The notes: generated from the letters alone by a model not told the origin. 64,000 bases of DNA from Octopus vulgaris (GCA_951406725.2 OX597833.1:21390001-21454000), one strand, 5' to 3'. Shown: positions 38,345-52,049, counted from the stretch's first letter. Numbers and translations are program-made.

Positions 38345-40770
38345 TTAATCCAAACGGGAAAACAGAAAAAACAACACGTGGAACAATTACAGTATTATTA
38401 TTATTAGGCGCTCAGGAAAATGGAAGAAGGAGGGTATGACGTTTCGAGCGGAGCTCTTCGTCGGAAACATAGGAGAAAGAAAGATCCCGAGACGGGAGGA
38501 CAGAGGAAAAAAAAAATTGCAGGTAGTCTTCACGAGGTCACATACTAAAAAGACGGAAGTGGTAAAAAAGGAGGAAACTGTTTTTTAAAAACAGGAGAGC
38601 TGAATCAAAGAGGGAATGGTAAAAAGGTGTGCGAGATGACAAGGGTGTGTGTGTGAGTGTGTGCGTGTGTGCGTATGTGTGTGTATGGTGGACAATGGCT
38701 AGTAGCAGGCAGTAGTAGAATTAAAGGAGTGATGTGGGGGTACCCTAGCAAGTCAGAAAGGCAGATCAGAAACATGGAGGTATGTGTGTGTGCGTGTGTA
38801 TGTATGTGTGAGTGTGTGCGTGTGCGTGTGTGTATGTGTGTGTGAGGCGAGATAAAAAAACAAAAAACATGTATATGTTAGTGCGTGCAGGGCGAACAGA
38901 TGACATAGCAAGTCTCAAGTGAGTGGTCAGTGGTAAAAAGAGGAGGAAGGAGGGAAGAAGGGAAGGAGGGAAAGGGTGGGGGCGTATGTAACGTGCCAGT
39001 GTGTGTGTTGAGTGGTAGTGTGTGTGTGTCCAATGTGCGTAGTTGTGTGTAGGCAAGTAAATTTGAAGTGTGTGTAAGTGTAATGTATATATATATACAA
39101 ATGTGTGTGTGTGAGTGGGTGTGTGTATGTGTGTGCGTGTGTGTACAAAAAGGGGGGGTTAAGGAAAAAAACTGCAGCGGAGGGGGGGGGGGGAAATGGG
39201 AGAGTGGTCCCGCGGCGACAGGCGTGGGAGAACCCAAAGACACGCGCCGGCCCCAGATACGTACAGGAGATCTAGTCGGTACCCACGAGCGTGGTGCATG
39301 CATGCGTGTATGCGTGCACGAACGTGCACAAGCGTGTATGTGCGCGCGCCTGCGAGTGCGTGTGTAAGTATGTATGTGTGTGGATGTGTGAGTGTGTCTG
39401 TGTGTAAGTCTGGGTGTCAGTGTGTCCGATGAATGTATGTAAGTATGTGTGTGTATATGTGTGTGTATAGATGTGTGTCCGTGTGTGTGTGTGCGTGTAT
39501 GTGTATGAGTGTGTATGTATGTACGTGTGTGTGTGTGGAAGTGTGTGTATGTGCATGTGTGTGCGCGTACATGCAGGTGTGTGAGTGAGTGTGTGTGTAT
39601 GTATGTGTGAGTGTGTATGTCTGTGTGTGTAGGATGCATGTATGTGTATGGGTGTATGTATGTGTGTGTGTGTATGCATGTATGCATGTATGCGTACATG
39701 CGTGTAGGTGTGCGCGTGTGCATGCATGCATGCATGTGCGTATGTGTGTGTGTGTGTGTGTGCATGTGTGTAGGTATATATGTATGTGCGTATATGTGTG
39801 TGTATGTGCGTACATGTGTGTGTGTGTATGCATGTGTGTGTATGTAGGTGTGTAGGCGTGTGTGTATAGGTGTATGTATGTAAGTATGTATGGGTGTGTC
39901 CGTGTATGTGTGTGTATGCATGTGTGTGTATGTAGGTGTGTAGGCGTGTGTGTGTGTATGCATGTGTATGTAGGTGTGTGTGTACGTATGTAATATATGT
40001 ATGTATGCGTGTGTGTGTGCGTGTGTATGCGTGTGTGTGTGTATGTAGGTGCGTATGTATGTGTGTATGTGTGTAGGTGTGTGTATGTGAGTGTGAGTGT
40101 ATGGGTGTTTGTCATGCATGTGTGTGCACGTGCAGGCGAGTGTGTGCGTAAGTATGTGTGTGTGTATGTATGTGTGTGTATGTGTGAGTGTGTATGTGTG
40201 TATGTCTGTGTGTATGTATGTGCGTATAGGAGTATGTAAGTATGTGTGTGTGTATGTGTGTGGGTGTATGTATGTATGTATGTGTGTGTGTATGCATGTG
40301 TGTAAGTATATGTGTGTGTGCGTATGTATCTGTATGTGTGTGTGTTTATGTATGTGTGTATGTATGTGTGTAGGCGTGTGTGTATAGGTGTATGTATGTA
40401 TGGGTGTGTGTCTGTGAGTGTTTGTGTGTGTGTGTAGGTATGTGTGTATGTATGAGTGAAGGTATGGCTGTGTAGGTGTGTGTGTGTATGAATGTAAGTG
40501 TGTGTGTGTACAAGTGTAATGTATGTATGTATGTGTGTGTGTGTATGTGTGCGTGTGCGTGTGTATGTGTGTGTGTGTATGCGTGTGAGTGTGAGTGTAT
40601 GGGTGTATGTCTGTGTGTGTGTATGTCTGAAGTAGGTATGTGTGTGTATGTATGTATGTGTGTGTGTGCGGGTATGTGTGTGTGTGTGTGTATGTGTGTG
40701 TGTAAGTGTGTGTGTGAGTAGGTGTGCGTGTATGTATGTGGGTAGGGCTGCATGCGTGTGTGTGGGTATA
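38345..40770 (-). mobile_element. Probable long PLE 3' region: pLTR with hammerhead plus about 2 kb of degenerate CA-rich repeat
   Basis: 38345-38640 is homologous to 1456-1792; the CA-rich composition resembles the 3' UTR of the intact PLE; upper extent uncertain. Confidence 0.5.
38434..38468 (-). ncRNA. Minimal hammerhead-like motif, U4C core, GUC site
   Basis: GTTT-CCGACGA-A-GAGC(TCC)GCTC-GAA-ACGT-C-ATAC. Confidence 0.55.
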
Positions 40771-41174
40771 CGTATATGTAAAACAATACAAACTGGGACA
40801 GGAACGCAAAACACTCAGAAGACGATACAAAAAACACAGACGGGACACTCGAAGCCTTCAATCTTCAATCAAGAACCAGATCATCTTCGCAAGCTATGTG
40901 TGTATGTATCTTAGTGACCGTGTTTGTTCCTTACTACCTCTGGTAACCGGTGTCGGTGTCTTTGCGTCCCTGAAACTTAGCGGTTCGGCAAAAGAGCCCG
41001 ATAGAATAAGTACCAGGCTTTTAAAGCATAAGTACTGTAGTCGAGTCGACTAAATTACTCCAAGGCAGTGCCTCAGCATGGCCGCAGTCCAATGACTGAT
41101 ACGAGTAAAGGGGAAAAGAGAAAAGAACCCTATGTGTTCTGAATTCTTGGGTAGTTGATTTGTAGCATCAGAGT

Positions 41175-41381
41175 AACTCTCTTTACTCTGTTACTCTTTT
41201 ATTTGCTTCAGTCATTTGATTGTGGCCATGCTGGAGCACCGCCTTTAGTCGAGAAAATCGACCCCAGGACTTATTCTTTATAAGCCTAGTACTTACTCTA
41301 TCGGTCTCTTTTGCCGAACCACTAAGTTACGGGGAAGCAAACACACCAGCATCGGATGTTGGGGGGACAAACAAAGACACA

Positions 41382-41441
<60 letters not shown>

Positions 41442-41620
41442 TATACATATATATATATACATATATACGACGAGCTTCTTTCAGTTTCCGTCTACCAAAT
41501 CCACTCACAAGGCATTGGTCGGCCCGAGGCTATAGTAGAAGACACTTGCCCAAAGTGCCACGCAGTGGTTTTGAACCCGGAACCGTGTGGTTGGTAAGCA
41601 AACTACTTACCACACAGCCA
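41175..41620 (-). mobile_element. SINE family A
   Basis: Reverse-complement match; a plus-strand 3' half lies at 40915-41122. Confidence 0.9.
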
Positions 41621-41673
41621 CCCTGTACCTACCTACATACATACATACATACATACATACATACATACATACA

Positions 41674-41707
<34 letters not shown>

Positions 41708-42351
41708 CATACATACATGCATACATACATATACGCCTAACGTCAACAAAAGAATCAGAAAATCTTTTGCCAAGCGATCAGAGCGCTACTTTTTGTTGTT
41801 GCAGCAATCCTTAGGAACACGAATGATTCCTTCAGATCCACCTGCTCTGTCCGACCATTAACACCACTCAGAGGATTGGGATTCAGTTTTCGTTGTTTAC
41901 GCTCTTGTATTCTTCTATTTCTTTCTTGCTCCTAGCAGAGAACACGATATGTTGAGTTTCATTGTATTAACGCTTCGATGCTGCTGAAATGGTTTTGTAA
42001 TCGATATGTGTGTGTACATGAGTAGATATACATGTATATACTACAATAAACTCTGTTGTGTATTTGTATGTAAATATTTCCTTTTTTTCTTTTTTGTCCC
42101 TTTCAATTGTAATAGTGGGCGGAAGAGAGACAGACAGAAGTAAGGGAGAAAGCTTCAGAGAGGATGGGAAAGACATAGATTTGAAAGGTAACATCTGTAG
42201 AGGAGATTGGCAGGAATATCACGGAAGAGGGCGAGATGAGCAAGGAAGTAAAATAACAAAATAAACAGAGGACTGTGGGAAAAAAGAAAATCCCACCTAT
42301 AACAAAAACACACGCTCATATACACACACATACATAAGCCTACATATATAT

Positions 42352-42723
42352 ACTCTTTTACTTGTTTCAGTCATTTGACTGCGGCCATGCTGGAGCACCA
42401 CCTTTAGTCGAACATATCGACACTAGGACTTATTCTTTGTAAGCCTAGTACTTTTTCTTCTGTATATATCTTTAGTCGAACCGCTAAGTTACGGGGGCCT
42501 AAAACACCAACATCGGTTGTCAAGCGATGGTGGGGAACAACCACAGACATATATATATACGACGGGCTTCTTTCAGTTTCCGTCTACCAAATCCACTCAC
42601 AAGGCTTTAGTTGGCTCGAAACTATAGTAGAAGACACTTGCCCAAGTTGCCACAGAGTGGGACTGAACCCAGAGCCATGTGGTTGGTAAGCAAGCTACTT
42701 ACCACACAACCACTTCTGTGCCC
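42352..42723 (-). mobile_element. SINE family A
   Basis: Reverse-complement match. Confidence 0.9.
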
Positions 42724-42737
42724 ATATATATATATAT

Positions 42738-43165
42738 AATTAATATAAACAGCAGGTTGGAATGTTTCACCAAAATTGAGAATTATAATTGTCACTAAAG
42801 ATGACTAGGGCGTTAAGAAACTCCTACATTGCTAGAAATAAGAGATTGAAAACGTATACACCAACAGGAACCTAAATCGTTCGAAAAATGCCGATCGAGA
42901 ATTCTTAATATTGACATCAGTTTCGGCTATTTCCGTTGCCTTGTCAGTTAAGCCCGCTCGATCTTCGGCTGTTTCCGCACTTGTTTCTCTATTAGTATAT
43001 TTGTGCTCATCATCCAAATTAATGGAAGATTTAGTGATTCGCTAATGTGTACACATAAAATTAATATAAACAGCAGGTTTCAATATTTTACCAAAACGAA
43101 GAATTATGGTTGTCACTAAATGTGATTTGGGTATTAAGAAGCACTTCCGTTAACTACAGCATTTT
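42738..43165 (-). mobile_element. PLE-like terminal remnant with direct repeats and degenerate hammerheads
   Basis: AATTAATATAAACAGCAGGTT...TTGTCACTAAA at about 42738 and 43059; CTGACAA-GGC..GCC-GAA-ACTGATGT-C at 42904-42952. Confidence 0.5.
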
Positions 43166-43261
43166 AGCTCTTATTTCTAACAATGGAGATATTCCTTAAC
43201 ACCCTATCCACATTTCGTACACACACACACAGAGATATATATGTGTGTGTGTATGTATATG

Positions 43262-43321
<60 letters not shown>

Positions 43322-43354
43322 TATATACATATACATATATATGTACATATACAT

Positions 43355-43407
<53 letters not shown>

Positions 43408-43410
<3 letters not shown>

Positions 43411-44638
43411 GAGTTGGACAAAATAATGTGGTAGGACCACCTTTGGTAATCACAGCTTGAATTCTATGAGGTATGGACTCGCACAAAGTTCGAATTGTTT
43501 CCAAAGGAATTTCTGTCCATTCTTCAGCTAAAACATTCTCCAGTTCTTATAGTGATGATGGTGAAGGATATCCACTCCTTATTTGTTTTTCTAAAATGCA
43601 CCATAAATGTTCAATGATATTGAGATCTGGGGGCTGTAGTGGCCAGATAACTTCACTAGAATCTTCCTCGTACCATTCAGTATCAATTTTAGCTATGTGA
43701 ATTGGTGCATTATCAGCATGAAAGATTGCATCGGAAACAGGTCCGTAACCATAGGATGAATTTGATCAGAAAAATGCTTAAGTAGTCTTGACTATTAATT
43801 CTGCCATGAAGGGAAAACATTGGGCCGGCGGATTTCCAAGATATAGTCCCCCTCTCTGATCATCACAGATCCTACTCTATGTTTAACAGTTGAAAGAAGG
43901 CAGTCTAGGTCAAATGCTGGAAAAAGGCAGTCTGGGTCTCCACATGAACACTCAGCCTGTGGTTGGAAATAAGGTAAAAGATGACTGGTCCGAGAAAATG
44001 ACATTCTTCCACTGTAGGTTTTTACTCCACACTAAACGCTTTGCAACATATGTTTTTGAAAGTGTTGGTTTTCTGATTGCAGCCCTCCCGGGAAATCCAG
44101 CTTTGTGCAGCTCCAGCGAACAGTTTTTGTGGAAAATGGGTTCTCGAGGTGGTCATTAAACTCTGCAGTAATTTTGGGAGCTGTAGTTTTGTGTTCCTTT
44201 CTAACAATTCACGTTAGAGTCCGAGGGTCTCTATCTGAAAGTTTTATACGGTCTCTATTTGAAAGTTTTGGTTTTCTTCCGGAGTTTTGTTTCGACGAGC
44301 AAGTTCTTCCCCGCTTTCTCAAAGGCCGTCATTACTTTCGAGATAGTTCTTCTTGATACAACAAACATTTTGGCTGTTTTCATTATGGAAGCACCTGCCA
44401 TACGAGCACCAACAATTTGACTTCTTTGAAAGTCCGATAGATCTGTCATTTTAATGAATTTTAATTACCTTTTTCTGATGACATCTGAAAAGAAACAGCA
44501 ATTTTAGCAAAACATATTAAGCAACACTAATAATAAATCAAAAAACATAAAAATAAACAAGCTTTTGACGGTTTTATAGATATTTCAAAATTATGATGCT
44601 ATGATGCTAGGTGTTTCCATTACTTTGTCCAACCCCTG
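43408..44638 (-). mobile_element. Tc1-like transposon, decayed
   Basis: TIRs CAGG(A/G)GTTGGACAAA(A/G)TAATG with TA flanks; [59 protein letters not shown]. Confidence 0.93.
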
Positions 44639-44843
44639 TATGTATATATATACATATATATATATATATACATACACACTTTATTATAAAAGCTGCAAAA
44701 TATTCACAGAACTGTTACTCAGAATTTCACGTTCCTCTTCGTCGGACACTTATGATGGATACTACTATAATAAAGCATATTACTCTACTCTTCGTATTCG
44801 AGTACTATTTTTCCGCATCGTTTTGCACTTATGTGCATACCTG

Positions 44844-44895
<52 letters not shown>

Positions 44896-44982
44896 CCCCT
44901 TAGCAACTGCAGCGTAGGTGTTTATAAGCCATTTAAAAACCCACAAAAAAGCCGTTAGATTCATTCCAACATTTAAATTTAA

Positions 44983-45033
44983 TTTGTCAAAATATTTTCG
45001 TCGCTTTGAAACCGCGACCTGTTCACTGACAAA
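44983..45033 (-). ncRNA. Hammerhead-like motif with inverted G3:C8 core
   Basis: TTTGTCA-GTGAACA-G-GTCGC(GGTTTCAAA)GCGAC-GAA-AATATT-T-TGACAAA; 7-bp stem I, 5-bp stem II, palindromic stem III. Confidence 0.7.
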
Positions 45034-45131
45034 ATTCCGTAATATATATACATGTATTAGGTCATAGTGTACACAGAATTATATATTCGTGTAAATATAT
45101 ATACATACATGTATACATATACACATATGCT

Positions 45132-45240
<109 letters not shown>

Positions 45241-45321
45241 TTACATATAGACACGCATTCAAACATACTGAAACATATAGCAATAAAACTTATAAATTAA
45301 TTAAGCATTTCGAAAGCCGAC

Positions 45322-45772
45322 GCTTTTTTATTAACCAGAACGAAGTTTAAGAAGGCTTGTCTTTGACAAAATGTTACTTTAGTCGGCTTGAAACTATAGT
45401 AGAAGACACTTGCCCAAGTTGCCACGCAGTGGGACTGAACCCGGAGCCATGTGGTTGGTAAGCAAGCTACTTATCACACAACCACTTCTGTGCCTATATA
45501 TATACAACTCATTTCTTTTGCTCAAACTTTTGGTGCCTTGCGTCAAAATTCTTCGTTTTTCGTTCAAAGATCACACGCATGCTTGATTTGAAACACCCGT
45601 TTCTGTAAGGTTGTGCATTATCTACAATAGACCAGGTAATTTTGAATTCGTAAGGGCTTGTCTCTTACAAGAACCATCTAAATTTTTTACAATGCCGTAT
45701 GCATACGACTTAGTATCTTTTATGCAAATAGAAGCCTCCTTAAATTTTGTTCCGGTTCAGGAAAAAACAAGC
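45322..45772. mobile_element. Possible MITE with degenerate TIRs, interrupted by a SINE A head (45377-45495)
   Basis: AACCAGAACGAAGTTTAAGAAGGCTT versus AAGCCTCCTTAAATTTTGTTCCGGTT. Confidence 0.45.
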
Positions 45773-45992
45773 AGGGATTTCATCTAACAGGGTCGCATGC
45801 CACCAATCCTTTGCTCCAGGCTGGAGCTTTGTTTCGTCATCTTTAAATGAACGAAAAGGGAAGTTGATCTTAGTCTGATATGAACACAGGACGAAGAGGG
45901 TCAAAAACAATACTGCAGTTTATTCTAAACAACGCACATATTACTACTAATATAACACCATGTGTGTGTGTATGTGAATGTGTTGTGTGTGT

Positions 45993-46023
<31 letters not shown>

Positions 46024-46827
46024 TATTCCCCTTGCTCTAAAGGGACAGCAACTGCTTTATCAGGGGTTATGTTGTTATGTTATGCATACAGAGATAAGAG
46101 GTGAGAGAGAAACAGTTAATGAGAAAGATAAACAAGGTGCTTGATATACGTATATACGATTATGTGTATGTCTGCGTGTGTCTGTGTCTGTGTACGTATG
46201 TGTGTGTGCGTGAGTATGCGTGTATACAAACATATACTTATCTATATATACATACAAGTACATGTATATATACGTACATTGCTACATACATGCATACATA
46301 CATAAATGCATATATACACATAAGTACATACATGCATAGATACATATATACATATATAAATGCATACATACACACATACTTACATGCATATATATATATA
46401 TATGTACATACATACATAAATGCATACATATATACATTCACACATACATACATTCATACATACATACATACATAAATGCATGCATACATACATACATGCA
46501 TACATACATACATGCAAGCAGGCATACATACATACATGCATACATACATGCATACATACATACATGCATGCAAGCAAGCATACATACATACATACAGGCA
46601 TGCATGCAAACAGGCATACATACATACATACATACATACATACATACATACATACATACATGTACGCATACATACGTACGTACGTACATACATACATACA
46701 TAATACATACATACGTATATACGTAGATACATACACACATGCATACATACATACATACATACATACACACACATACACACATAAGTACATACATACATGC
46801 ATAGATACACACATATATATATATATG

Positions 46828-46876
<49 letters not shown>

Positions 46877-47582
46877 ATATATATACACACATATATAAAC
46901 TCCTCTCACCAACGAAAACCTAGGAATATCATGACACATATGTTATACCATACTTCCTTACCAAGCCGTCTCCCGTGATTTCAACATATAAAATATTCAA
47001 TTTATAATTTGAAGTCATATGAAACAGCCATATCACTTTTTTTCTTTTTGGTAATCTCCCAACGTGAAAAATAAGATATTCTGTAAGAAAATACGAGAAA
47101 AAACACACCCTATGTATCTAAATGAAATATATAAAATATCTCAAAAGATTAATTCGTCGAGCGGCAGAAAGTATCGTACAGAATATATGATAAACTTCAG
47201 TGCTAGCAAGCCAATTTTCCCAGTTTCTGCTTTTTTTGTCTTTTAGTATTAAATACGCTGTGTTTAATTTTCATTTGTTTTACATTTTCATCTTATATTT
47301 TTCTTATATTTTGGGGGGGAGGGGGTTAAGTATTTTTTTTTGTTTTAATTCGTTTGTTTGTTTATTGTTTATTTTCTGTAATGTTTCTGTTTTTTGGGGG
47401 TTTTTTCGTTCAAAGACTTTCGCGGTGTGGGTTTGTGTGTGTGTGTGTGTATGTGTGTGTGTGTGTGTGTGTGTATGTGTGTTTGTGTGTGTGTGTGTGT
47501 GTGTTTTACGTTAGTTGGAGACTAAAGAACCTTACATCCTGGAATGTAGTCTTTAATATTTATGTTAGTGCATGTGTGTGTT

Positions 47583-47614
<32 letters not shown>

Positions 47615-48196
47615 CGTACACATATGATAGAATATATACACGCTTATAAATGTAAACATGTATATACTGTATATACATACACATACATAAATATATATGT
47701 GTATGTGTTTGTGTGTGTATGTGTGTGTATATAGGAAAGTAGGTAGGTAGGTAGGTAGGTAGGTAGGTAGGTAAGTAGGTATGTATGTATGTATGTAGGT
47801 AGGTAGGTAGGTAGTAGGTAGGTAGGTAGGTATGTAGGTAGGTAGGTAGGTAGGTAGGTAGGTAGGTAGGTAGGTAGGTAGGTAATCAGTTGTTGTTGTT
47901 GTTGTTGCTGTTCGAGCTTAGGTGGGTTCTGAATGATGAAAAAATACCAACTGATAGCAACCTTTCCGACTTTATCTGAAACAGTTTCAACCAATGTCAT
48001 CCTGCTTCCTTCCAAAAAAATAGATAAAATGATAAAAAGACGGATGATTGTTATATAAGGGATATCTAGCTGCTGTTTCTAGCAAACCGAATGACCATGC
48101 AAGACTCCTTCGTTGGTTCGTTGTCATTGTTGTTGGAGAGTTTATTCTGAAAATTTGGCTTCCAAATCAAAGTCCTCACCATAGAAGCGGGTACTA

Positions 48197-48899
48197 TCAG
48201 GTCATCCCATAAATTCTGTCCGATTTTACCTTTTTTGAAAATTGAATAAAATTTAATAGTATTTTAGAATGTCTAATGGAATTAAAAATTATTTTTAAGC
48301 ATTTGTGTACATTTAAACTAATCAAATATTGTTTTACAGAATAATAGAATTAAAATTTCTTTGATTAAAACCCTTTCTAGCATGGAAGTATCCAAAGAGC
48401 ATTTGAGACACATAATGCCTTATGAGTACAAAAAAAGAAACTCTGCAGCCGAAGCGACTCGAAACATAGACTCAGTTTATGGGAAAGAATGCTTGAATAA
48501 AAGAACTTGCAGAAGATGGCTTGCAAAATTCAGAAGTGGAGATTTCGGCCTTGAAGATCGAACAGGACGTCCAATTGAGTTTGATGATAAGCACCTTGAG
48601 GCATTACTTGAAGAAAATCCTGCATTATCAGTTGAAGAATTGGCAACAAAGCTTAGTTCAAACCATACAACAGGAAAGGTTCCTAAACTTGGAAAAGAGG
48701 AGGTCGAAACTGACATTTCAGAGTTCTTCGTTTTGAAACCAAAAGAGTTTTACATTGATGGGATTAAAAAGCTTGTAAGTAGATGGAAGTCATAGAAAAT
48801 CAGTGAAAGTACATTGATTATTAAATTTCAATTAAATGTAACATTTGATCACTTGTTTTCTTTATACAAAATTCGGACAGAACTTATGGGATGACTTGA
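48197..48899 (+). mobile_element. Internally deleted mariner with intact TIRs
   Basis: TA-TCAGGTCATCCCATAAATTCTGTCCGA / TCGGACAGAACTTATGGGATGACTTGA-TA; ORF 48361-48795 keeps the HTH region but lacks the DD34D domain. Confidence 0.93.
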
Positions 48900-49904
48900 T
48901 AGATCGTAAGCAAATCTGCTTGTGGTCCCATGTAACGGCTCTCAACTTCTTGGAGAAAGAGAAAAAGGAAACGAGATTTTAGGGCAATGACAGAAGCAGC
49001 TGAGATTTCCAGCTGAATCAAAGAGGAATGGAAGTGAATTACAGAGGGCATAATTAACTGTATAGTCAACTGACATTCTTAGTTAAAGCTGGTTACGTCA
49101 CCCAAAGTATTTTGGTTCCGGTGTACCCTAACCATCAAATATGGTTGTAATGCAGACAGTAGAACAGAATATGATAGCAGAGGGGTAGCCGGTTCTCATA
49201 AACTGAATGCGGTCACTCAGAGTGTAAGAAGTTATGGACCGCAGCACTTGCATGAGGGAGGCTTTTCTGAAGCCCTTCAGTTGTTCAGCTCTCCACAAAG
49301 TTTTTTTTTTTTTTATTCCTAATGGTTAATAAATAAGTACAGCAAGTCTAATCTTTCTCGCTAATAATGGATAAATTCCATTGTGTCACTATAGTTCTTT
49401 CGTTACAAGCAGCAAGAGCTCTATTATGTAATTGACAAATGATTCGTTATCTCACAGTGCTGTGTTTTACGATGCCCAATGGAAATGATAAAAACAATCA
49501 CAAGCCAACATGCAGCGATATCAGTATAAAGCAAGAACAACAACCAACAAAAACAACAGCAGCGGCAGTAGTAGTGGCGGTGGCGGTGGTGGTGGTGGCG
49601 GCGACGGCAACAACAGATACCAGGATATCCGCTGGCGGATATCTCCTTCAATCTCTTATGTAATGTGAAGATTCATTGATATATGATGAGAACGAACGGC
49701 AGGCCGAGATGTTGTGTTGGAGTGTGAGCTCAAGGGGCAACAGTTCGTAACCGCATTGTGCATCTTTGTCTGGCTATGTGTATATATGTGTGTGTATCTA
49801 CTTAATTATATATATATATATATATATGCACACACACACACATGTATATATGTGTGTATATATATATGTATATATATATGTGCACACACACATGTATATA
49901 TATG

Positions 49905-49944
<40 letters not shown>

Positions 49945-49972
49945 TACACATGTATATATATGTGTATATATA

Positions 49973-50036
<64 letters not shown>

Positions 50037-50707
50037 TACACATGTATATATATATATATATTAGCGTATGTATATATGTATACATATCTAAGCGTATGTA
50101 TACATGTATATATATGTATATATATATATATATATATGTGTATATGTATATATATGTATATATATATATATAAACATATGTATATATGTATACATATATA
50201 ATCGTATGTATACATGTATGTATAAATATATGTGTATATGTATATATATATATATGTGTGTGTGTGTGTATGTATGTATATGTCAATTTGTAAGTAGATA
50301 CTGTACTGTAGATAGGGCGGTGATGGTAGTTGTGGAGGATGGTGTGGACAAGACGATGCTGAATGCGATGTATATGGTAATGGGTGTAGTGGTGGGGAGG
50401 TATATGGTAATGGAGGTAGTGGTGGTGGTGTTATCGTGGTGTAAGTAGCGGTTTTAGTATTAATGGTAACGATGTTTATTGGAGACGATGGTAATTGTGG
50501 GGGTGCGGGTGGTGACTGTGTTGCGATTGGTGATTTTGAGGACGGAGGTTTGAGGAGGGGGTAACGGTTGTGGTTGTGGTAGTGGTTTGGTTGTCGTGGT
50601 GGTGATAGTGGTGGTGGTGATGAACATGGTTTTAGTTGGGGGGTCAGCACAGCCCCACCGCCACCACCACTACCAAGACTACAATTTCTATCAGATGTGA
50701 AGCTGAT

Positions 50708-50755
<48 letters not shown>

Positions 50756-50861
50756 ATGGTGGTAGTACTAGTAGAAGTAGTAGTAGCAGCAGCAGTAGGT
50801 GGTGGTAGAGGAGGAGGAGGAGAGGGGAGCGTCATCATCATCACCAGCAGCAGCAGTGGTG

Positions 50862-50931
<70 letters not shown>

Positions 50932-51029
50932 CAGCAGCAGCAGTAGTAGTAGCAGTAGTAGTAGTAAGCCAGAGAGCACGGCAGGTGCATCAAGTGAACC
51001 ATCGCTGATTGATATCTGACACTGAGGCG

Positions 51030-51461
51030 AAGAAGAAGAAGAAGAAGAAGAAGAAGAAGAAGAAGAAGAAGAAGAAGGAGGAGGAGGAGGAGGAGGAGAA
51101 GAAGAAGAAGAAGAAGAAGAAGAAGAAGAAGGAGGACGAGGAGGAGAAGAAGGAGAAGAAGAAGAAGGAGAAGAAGAAGAAGAAGAAGAAGGAGGACGAG
51201 GAGGAGAAGAAGGAGAAGAAGAAGAAGAAGAAGAAGAAGAAGAAGGAGGAGAAGAAGAAGAAGAAGAAGAAGAAGAAGAAGAAGAAGAAGAAGAAGAAGA
51301 AGAAGAAGAAGAAGAAGAAGAAGAAGAAGAAGAAGAAGAAGAAGAAGAAGAAGAAGGAGCAGAAGAAGAAGAAGAAGAAGAAGAAGAAGAAGAAGAAGAA
51401 GAAGAAGAAGAAGAAGAAGAAGAAGAAGAAGAAGAAGAAGAAGAAGAAGAAGAAGAAGAAA
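51030..51461. repeat. About 430-bp (AAG)n/(AGG)n polypurine tract
   Basis: Direct reading; a second purine-rich tract lies at 58745-59146. Confidence 0.97.
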
Positions 51462-51916
51462 GTGGGGGTGGGATGGGTATGTATGTGGACTGAATGAGTC
51501 CACGTGACTTGTAGAATCGATACAGCTTCTCGAATTGTCAAGGTCAGTTTCAACCTCGGAACATCAGAGCATCGACGGTTTCCTTGCAGTTCGACCGAGC
51601 TTCGCCTTTTGAAAGTGGCGAATTGTGTGTGTGAGTGTGTGTGCGTGCGTGTGTTTGGGGGTGGGTTGAGGTTGACATAGAGATTAAAAGAACAAAGAGA
51701 AAGAGAATGCTAAAAAAACTTTGAATGATGAAAGCAGAATAATGGTGGTTGCGGTGGCGGTGGCGGCGGCGGCGGCGACAGCGAGCTTACATCGTGCGTC
51801 CTATAAATGGTAGACTGAACAGACGACCCCGGTATGCAGCCATACTTATCTTTATATTACCTTAAATATTACTTTAAATATTACCTTAAATATTTATGTT
51901 AGTGCATGTGTGTGTT

Positions 51917-51948
<32 letters not shown>

Positions 51949-52049
51949 TGTATGTATGTATGTATGTATGTATGTATGTATGTATGTATATACACTTATG
52001 ATATAAATATATACTTGCATATAAATGTAAACATATGTATACTGTATAT

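Noticed and set aside
38878-40848. 656-aa and 465-aa His/Thr/Tyr-rich ORFs
   Set aside because: Products of CA-rich repeat that lacks stop codons; no domain signature
51785-51850. Small minus-strand exon (ATG...GAT|GTAAGC)
   Set aside because: Only a donor-like hexamer; no acceptor, promoter or homology evidence
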